From an uncultured virus (IMG/VR IMGVR_UViG_3300036770_005540) (lineage: Duplodnaviria > Heunggongvirae > Uroviricota > Caudoviricetes), in IMG/VR virus record IMGVR_UViG_3300036770_005540, positions 52,920 through 72,919 of that record: DNA of 20,000 bases. One strand, written 5' to 3'. The notes under the pieces were generated by a model. That model was not told the DNA's origin. It worked only from the letters and a program-made list of their open reading frames with translations, and did no database searches. The position numbers and the translations under genes were made by a program. Below are positions 15,365-20,000 of this stretch, piece after piece; position 1 is the first letter of the stretch, and each line of letters starts with the position of its first letter.

Positions 15365-15580
15365 ATGCAACAACAGTTTTATATCCCACAATACGACCCA
15401 AAAACATTACTTGGATTTGCATTTGTATGCGATGGAGAAGTGGCATATATAATAAAACTGCCACCAGAACAAGAACACTTTGTCTCAGTATTGCAATCTA
15501 ATCCAACAATAGTTGAATTTAAAGATGATGAAGCCGCAATGGGGGATAAATACGTTGAAGGGAAATTTATAAAACAATGA
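15365..15580 (+). CDS. Hypothetical protein (71 aa), possible fibre-associated chaperone
   Basis: AAGGA RBS. Sequence FAFVCDGEV...LQSNPTIVE...GDKYVEGKF; follows the fibre gene. The function is inferred from position only. Confidence 0.65.
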   Translation: MQQQFYIPQYDPKTLLGFAFVCDGEVAYIIKLPPEQEHFVSVLQSNPTIVEFKDDEAAMGDKYVEGKFIKQ

Positions 15581-15804
15581 CATCGGCTTGGAAAAAGTAT
15601 AAAGAAAAATTAGGTGATACTAGGCCATGGGATGTTTTAAATAAAAACAATCACACAACCGAAGACATCGCGCAAGAGCGATTTTCAATATGTTTGCAAT
15701 GCCCTGAGTTGATTAAAGCAACAAAACAATGCAAGCAATGTGGTTGTTTTATGAATATGAAAGTAAAACTATCAAATGCTGTATGCCCTCTTGGTAAGTG
15801 GTGA
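15577..15804 (+). CDS. Small Cys-rich metal-binding protein (CxxC-CxxCGC-CP..KW)
   Basis: RFSICLQCPEL...QCKQCGCFM..K..L...CPLGKW. ATGA overlap upstream and TGATG overlap downstream. Confidence 0.8.
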   Translation: MTSAWKKYKEKLGDTRPWDVLNKNNHTTEDIAQERFSICLQCPELIKATKQCKQCGCFMNMKVKLSNAVCPLGKW

Positions 15805-17138
15805 TGTTAACAAAAGATATCTTGTTTGAACTTCCTGATGTTTTATCTGAGCCAAAAATAATAAAAAATTTTTTTCCCGAAAACATGATGGAGCGCATTA
15901 AACAAGCAATTACAAAAACCCAAATTGGTACAGAAAAATCAAAATTTCATACCATGCTGGCAAGATGGGAGGCGCCAGTTCGATTTGACGAAGATATTGA
16001 AGAATATTGCCTACAAAAAGCAAAAGAAATATTCAACGATGATTCTTTAAAAAAAGCATATTTTTTTGTTGTCAAATATCAAATAAAAGACGGTTGCATA
16101 CCCCACCTGTGGGAACACACCGACCAAAATGGAACGCAAACAACAATAGACATAACAATAGAAAATACTGCCAACTGGGGATTGATTGTTGAGGGAAAGC
16201 ATTTTGAACAAAATCCAAATGACGCAATAATTTTCTGCGGCCAACAACACATGCATGCAAGACCCCCATATCCAACAAAAGACACAAACGCATACACAAC
16301 TGTATTATTTTTGCACTTTACACAACCAGAGCATTGGATTCAAAAAAATGCAAAAGATGGTTTTCATAAATATGGAGCAGATGGAGACGCAAGATTTTTT
16401 AATCGCAATCGTTATTTTGCTATGCCAGACGGTCCGATAAATCAACCAGTTTGTCAATGTCATGATTATTCGGTAATACTAAGATTTTATGATGAATTTT
16501 TTGGTGATTTAATTGATTCTCAACCAGAAATTGTTGATATGCAGATTGACAGCAGAGAAGAACTCGCCCCAGGAATAATTAAATATAAAATACCAAAAAC
16601 ATCGGCGAGAATTCTTAAGGGCTTAATTCAAAATGCAATGTTCAAGCAATGGGAGCCAGCAGAAGTTTTGGTTGAAGACGATAAACCTGGGATTAATTAC
16701 GATGCCAGAAATTGTTTTAATTATTTTATAAGCGAAAAACAATTAACTTGTCACCCCCAGGACCCAATTAGACGTGTTACTGAATCTTTACAAAAAGGTT
16801 TTAACTTAATTATTGAGGATTTTAGGAGCAGATATAGCATTGTTCCTCTCGTTTCTCACCATAGTGCTCTTCTTCGTTACGAAGAGGGAAACAAATTTCA
16901 CAATCACATTGATGACCACCCCCAATTTCCAAGAGTTGTGTCAATGTCTTTGTTTCTAAACGATGACTTTGAGGGTGGAGAACTTGAATTCAAAGAATTT
17001 AATTTAAAAATAAAACCAGTAGCAGGGGAAGTTGTTGTATTTTCTTCTGGGTTCCCCTACATGCATCGAGTTCATCCAGTTACAAGCGGCGTACGATATG
17101 CAGTGGTGAAGTGGTACAGTTACAAAAATGAAAAATAA
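15804..17138 (+). CDS. Tandem two-domain 2OG-Fe(II) oxygenase (prolyl-4-hydroxylase-like C-terminal domain)
   Basis: Domain 1: HLWEHTD...H.RP...LFLHF. Domain 2: LLRY..G..FHNHIDD...LFLNDDFEGGELEF...HRVHPVTSGVRY (HxD...H...R). Start at ATG 15804 by TGATG coupling; GTG 15798 is an alternative. Confidence 0.88.
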   Translation: MLTKDILFELPDVLSEPKIIKNFFPENMMERIKQAITKTQIGTEKSKFHTMLARWEAPVRFDEDIEEYCLQKAKEIFNDDSLKKAYFFVVKYQIKDGCIPHLWEHTDQNGTQTTIDITIENTANWGLIVEGKHFEQNPNDAIIFCGQQHMHARPPYPTKDTNAYTTVLFLHFTQPEHWIQKNAKDGFHKYGADGDARFFNRNRYFAMPDGPINQPVCQCHDYSVILRFYDEFFGDLIDSQPEIVDMQIDSREELAPGIIKYKIPKTSARILKGLIQNAMFKQWEPAEVLVEDDKPGINYDARNCFNYFISEKQLTCHPQDPIRRVTESLQKGFNLIIEDFRSRYSIVPLVSHHSALLRYEEGNKFHNHIDDHPQFPRVVSMSLFLNDDFEGGELEFKEFNLKIKPVAGEVVVFSSGFPYMHRVHPVTSGVRYAVVKWYSYKNEK

Positions 17139-17823
17139 ATACAAAAAATTTTATTTTTTGCATATTGACCATACAGTTTCAAAAACCATAACATTTCGCA
17201 TGTTTCCTAGACTTTATGACGTTCTTGAAATTAATGGAATTCAAGCCCATTCACTAAACAACAATCACAGCCAACACAATTTATGGAAAGAGCATGACGA
17301 CTCGACGTTTATATTCAGTGCAGTCAGGGAGCCTTTTTATTACTCAATGTCAGAGTTTTGTTATTTTGTAAATTATGGAAAAAACAACAAAAGAACTCAC
17401 AACATGGGAAGGGATAGAGATTGCCCCTTTTTTACGAACGAAAAATTTATTAATTGGGTTGAAAATGATATGAATTCAAATTATCAATCAAGAATAATTT
17501 CTGGTTGGGGTTGCAAATATTTGCAAGAAGAAGTAAATGAAAAAATACTTAGTTTAAACACAAAAAGAATTAACATGTTAATTAAAGCGGAATTTATAAA
17601 AAATAATGAAAACAAATTATGCAACATGATACTTTCTGAATTTGGGATTGACCACACCTTCGACTATTATTCTCCAGACTACGAAACAGTATTTATGCCG
17701 TTTGGAGATTTTGCAAAACAACTTCAACCATTGATTGAATCAAACCCAAAACATGTGGAACTAATAAAAAAATCCAACAAGCATGACGACGCTGTCTATT
17801 CGATTGCTAAACCTATTTTTTGA
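17128..17823 (+). CDS. Sulfotransferase-family-like protein with a degenerate PAPS loop
   Basis: KFYFLHIDHTVSKT aligns with the sulfotransferase 'F.HIPKTGGT' loop but lacks the K and G residues. FIFSAVREP...S matches the 3'-PB motif; C-terminal I...N..D..Y. Confidence 0.6.
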   Translation: MKNKYKKFYFLHIDHTVSKTITFRMFPRLYDVLEINGIQAHSLNNNHSQHNLWKEHDDSTFIFSAVREPFYYSMSEFCYFVNYGKNNKRTHNMGRDRDCPFFTNEKFINWVENDMNSNYQSRIISGWGCKYLQEEVNEKILSLNTKRINMLIKAEFIKNNENKLCNMILSEFGIDHTFDYYSPDYETVFMPFGDFAKQLQPLIESNPKHVELIKKSNKHDDAVYSIAKPIF

Positions 17824-18755
17824 ACTAATTCGTTGTATACGTTTTCGTATGATTCCAAATTAAACAAATCAATGTAATTAAAATTTGCATTTATTACGGA
17901 TTTGATATCAACATCATATGAATGATTAAACCATCTTTGAGTTTTGATGCAATAAAAAGTTGTATTGTTGTCACAAAATATTCCGTTCCACGTGTTGGCG
18001 CCTATGAGGCCAGCAACATGTGTGGCATTGTACATGTATTTTATTTGATTTTCTAATTCCATCCCAGAAAAATCGATAACAGTAAACCCAGACTGAACAA
18101 AGTAATCCTCTATGGCTTCATCTACGTAAATTTCATTTGGTCTCGAAATATGAGTTTTTGAATTACTTGCGTTTAACACAGCACTAACTTTTTTTCTTGA
18201 AACGTACACTTTTTGCGGATATGACAAATCTTTGATTAAAAAATCTTGCAAAAAATCTCTAACTTCTTTGTTGTTTGTGTGTTTGAATTGGTCAAAATGA
18301 GGAAACTCTGAGGACACAAAAACTACTGCGCTGTCGTATATAACGGCTATTTTTTCAAAATGTAAATGTAAATTGTTCATCAAATCGTAATTTAAAAAAA
18401 CAATTGGATTTTTCATTTGATTTACCAACAAATCAAAAATTGTCTGAATTGGTTTATTTGTATCGTGATAATCAAGCGTTAAAACTGGAGTTTCAATCCA
18501 AATGGGTTTTACTGTTTCATCTATGTGTTTTTTATAATACAAAAAAGAACCAACATATTCTTTTAAAAAATGAAAATAGTGACTTGCTGGAGATATTGGC
18601 ATATACGTACCGCTGAAATATCTCGGTGATGTCGTGGCGTTTTCTGAACCAAATACGACGTCGCCAAAAATAAAAATAGTGTTGTCGCCATGGTCAAACG
18701 TTTGCAACGAAGAAAATTTAACTCCAGGTTTTAATGGATTTATTTCAATATCCAT
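17796..18755 (-). CDS. Glycosyltransferase family 61 (DUF563)-like
   Basis: HYFHFLKE, KVYVSRK...R...E..IEDYF...GFTVIDFSGMELENQIKYMYNATHVAGLIGANTWNGIFC. Start ATG 18755 with GGAGG RBS. Confidence 0.75.
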   Translation of the reverse strand: MDIEINPLKPGVKFSSLQTFDHGDNTIFIFGDVVFGSENATTSPRYFSGTYMPISPASHYFHFLKEYVGSFLYYKKHIDETVKPIWIETPVLTLDYHDTNKPIQTIFDLLVNQMKNPIVFLNYDLMNNLHLHFEKIAVIYDSAVVFVSSEFPHFDQFKHTNNKEVRDFLQDFLIKDLSYPQKVYVSRKKVSAVLNASNSKTHISRPNEIYVDEAIEDYFVQSGFTVIDFSGMELENQIKYMYNATHVAGLIGANTWNGIFCDNNTTFYCIKTQRWFNHSYDVDIKSVINANFNYIDLFNLESYENVYNELVQKIGLAIE

Positions 18756-18756
18756 T

Positions 18757-19815
18757 TTATTCCTCCGAATACCATCCGTCTTCCCACAGCGTAGAAAGAC
18801 GCTTGAAGTACTTGTTGTAGCGAAGTGCCACGGCATCTAATCCATAGTGCGTCACGGCGTATTCTCTAATCTTCCTGCGGTCTAGGGACTTCGCCTTCTC
18901 CATCGCCTCAATGAAATCTTTCAAGGTTCTGCACCGATAGCCGTTCAAGCCGTTGGTTACCGTTTCGGTGAAAGCACCCCAATCAGTAGTTATCGCTGGG
19001 GTTCCGCAAGCCTGCGATTCAATTACGACCGTGCCGAACGGCTCCACGTAAATGGTTGGCGCGAACGATGCAATCGCGTTACCGAATAATTCGGCGCGCC
19101 TCTCCGAGCCGACTACACCCACGTATTCTCCGTACGAAGGTGGAACACCCTGCCCTGCGATGAGCAGTCTGGCGCCGACTTTCTTGCAGGCTTCCACGGC
19201 GATGTTGAAGCCCTTGCGTTCTATGAGGCGCCCCATGAACAAGTAGTAATCTCTCGGTTCTTCTACGAACGGGAACTGGGTGATGTCTATATAAGCGGGA
19301 ATGACTGCATCATAGAACTTGCCGTCAGCCGCCGCAGGGTTCTTGGCTTCCGCACCGTATATGGAGTGCATCCATGCATACGACTCAAACACCCGGTACT
19401 TGGCGAATGTTCCTGGGTATCCGATGCCAAACTCAACCGTCATATGATTTGGATAGGCGTAGGCGATTGACCTGTGCGAATAACCGCCGATTACGCAGAT
19501 GAAGTCTCGTTCCTCTAGGCGACCGCGCATTTCTTTCACGACTGTCTGGTTGAACTTGACCCAATGAGGCTTGGAGTCGTCAAACGACGCCATCGTGTAG
19601 TGCCCGCCGTTGCAGGCGGCGAGTCTTTCTTTCTCCGTGAAGCACTGAATGTGCTCGTCGCATGGTGCTTCGTTTTTATCCCCTGAATAGACATACACCG
19701 TGTGCCCGAGGGATTTCATCATGATGGCAAACTTGCGCACTTTTTCGGTGAAGGCGCACGCCGTGAAATCCAGTGTCGTTTGGGTGTGTGGCAAACTCAC
19801 CACATGGAATCGCAT
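18757..19815 (-). CDS. Glycosyltransferase family 4 (GT-B)
   Basis: YYLFMGRLIERKG, EPFGTVVIESQACGTPAITTDWGAFTETV..G.NG (ExxxxxxxE). Leaderless promoter TAGACT-cgccac-ATG. Confidence 0.92.
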   Translation of the reverse strand: MRFHVVSLPHTQTTLDFTACAFTEKVRKFAIMMKSLGHTVYVYSGDKNEAPCDEHIQCFTEKERLAACNGGHYTMASFDDSKPHWVKFNQTVVKEMRGRLEERDFICVIGGYSHRSIAYAYPNHMTVEFGIGYPGTFAKYRVFESYAWMHSIYGAEAKNPAAADGKFYDAVIPAYIDITQFPFVEEPRDYYLFMGRLIERKGFNIAVEACKKVGARLLIAGQGVPPSYGEYVGVVGSERRAELFGNAIASFAPTIYVEPFGTVVIESQACGTPAITTDWGAFTETVTNGLNGYRCRTLKDFIEAMEKAKSLDRRKIREYAVTHYGLDAVALRYNKYFKRLSTLWEDGWYSEE

Positions 19816-19824
19816 GTGGCGAGT

Positions 19825-20000
19825 CTAGTCTTCTGTGGGTTCGCTTTCTGGTGTTACGAACTCGTCTAGTTCAGCGTCGTAGCGGTCACCGATACCAGCG
19901 TACTTGCCACGAAAGTTGGCGTTGATTGAAGTCTGCTTCCATGCGCCATCAAGTTTTAGAACATTTGCAATAAAAGCACGACCAGCAGCATCAGTATCAG
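19825..20000 (-). CDS. Conserved small phage protein, C-terminal part (5' end outside the window)
   Basis: Minus-strand frame ...DTDAAGRAFIANVLKLDGAWKQTSINANFRGKYAGIGDRYDAELDEFVTPESEPTED*. The WKQTS.N..FR..YAGIG..YD...D.F..P pattern is familiar from tail-fibre-associated proteins of aquatic phages. Not in the ORF track. Confidence 0.7.
   Translation of the reverse strand, partial: DTDAAGRAFIANVLKLDGAWKQTSINANFRGKYAGIGDRYDAELDEFVTPESEPTED

Noticed and set aside
14962..15501. 179-aa ORF of FHQL/THQL repeats
   Set aside because: It is an alternative-frame shadow of the PPVx repeat and overlaps two better-supported genes.
1..20000. tRNA, rRNA, integrase, transposase, reverse transcriptase or DGR repeats
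   Set aside because: I saw no cloverleaf with a T-loop consensus, no recombinase or RT motifs, and no adenine-variable repeat pair by eye. tRNAscan-SE and a self dot-plot would be needed to be certain.

Overview
The window reads as part of a large dsDNA tailed-phage genome with an actinobacterial host, inferred from a WhiB gene, an HA domain, an M15 endolysin and at least seven leaderless TANNNT-N6/7-ATG promoters. All product calls come from motif recognition by eye; no database searches were run. From left to right it contains: (1) the end of a MoxR/CbbQ-type AAA+ ATPase and its HExxH+VWA partner; (2) a strongly base-paired intergenic RNA-like element before a ribbon-helix-helix (RHH) gene; (3) an HA-HTH gene and a ~520-bp structured non-coding region, with a co-oriented GGTGGTGGAA motif repeated four times across 2387-4026; (4) a replication module (short initiator-like protein, G39P-like helicase loader, two unannotated membrane microproteins, two RHH genes); (5) a minus-strand operon (Zn protein, metallophosphoesterase, small wHTH, HslV/proteasome-beta-like protease, WhiB) and two wHTH genes; (6) a lysis cassette headed by an 898-aa secreted, membrane-anchored C-type-lectin/mucin-like protein; (7) tail-fibre-like genes, including an FN3 protein with a (PPVx)14 stalk, followed by an AT-rich block with a double 2OG-Fe(II) oxygenase, a degenerate sulfotransferase-like gene and a GT61, then a GT4 glycosyltransferase. 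The most promising novel leads are a possible phage proline-hydroxylation/glycosylation pathway acting on the Pro-rich fibre, two candidate structured ncRNA or origin elements, and the cell-surface lectin-mucin translationally coupled to the lysis genes.
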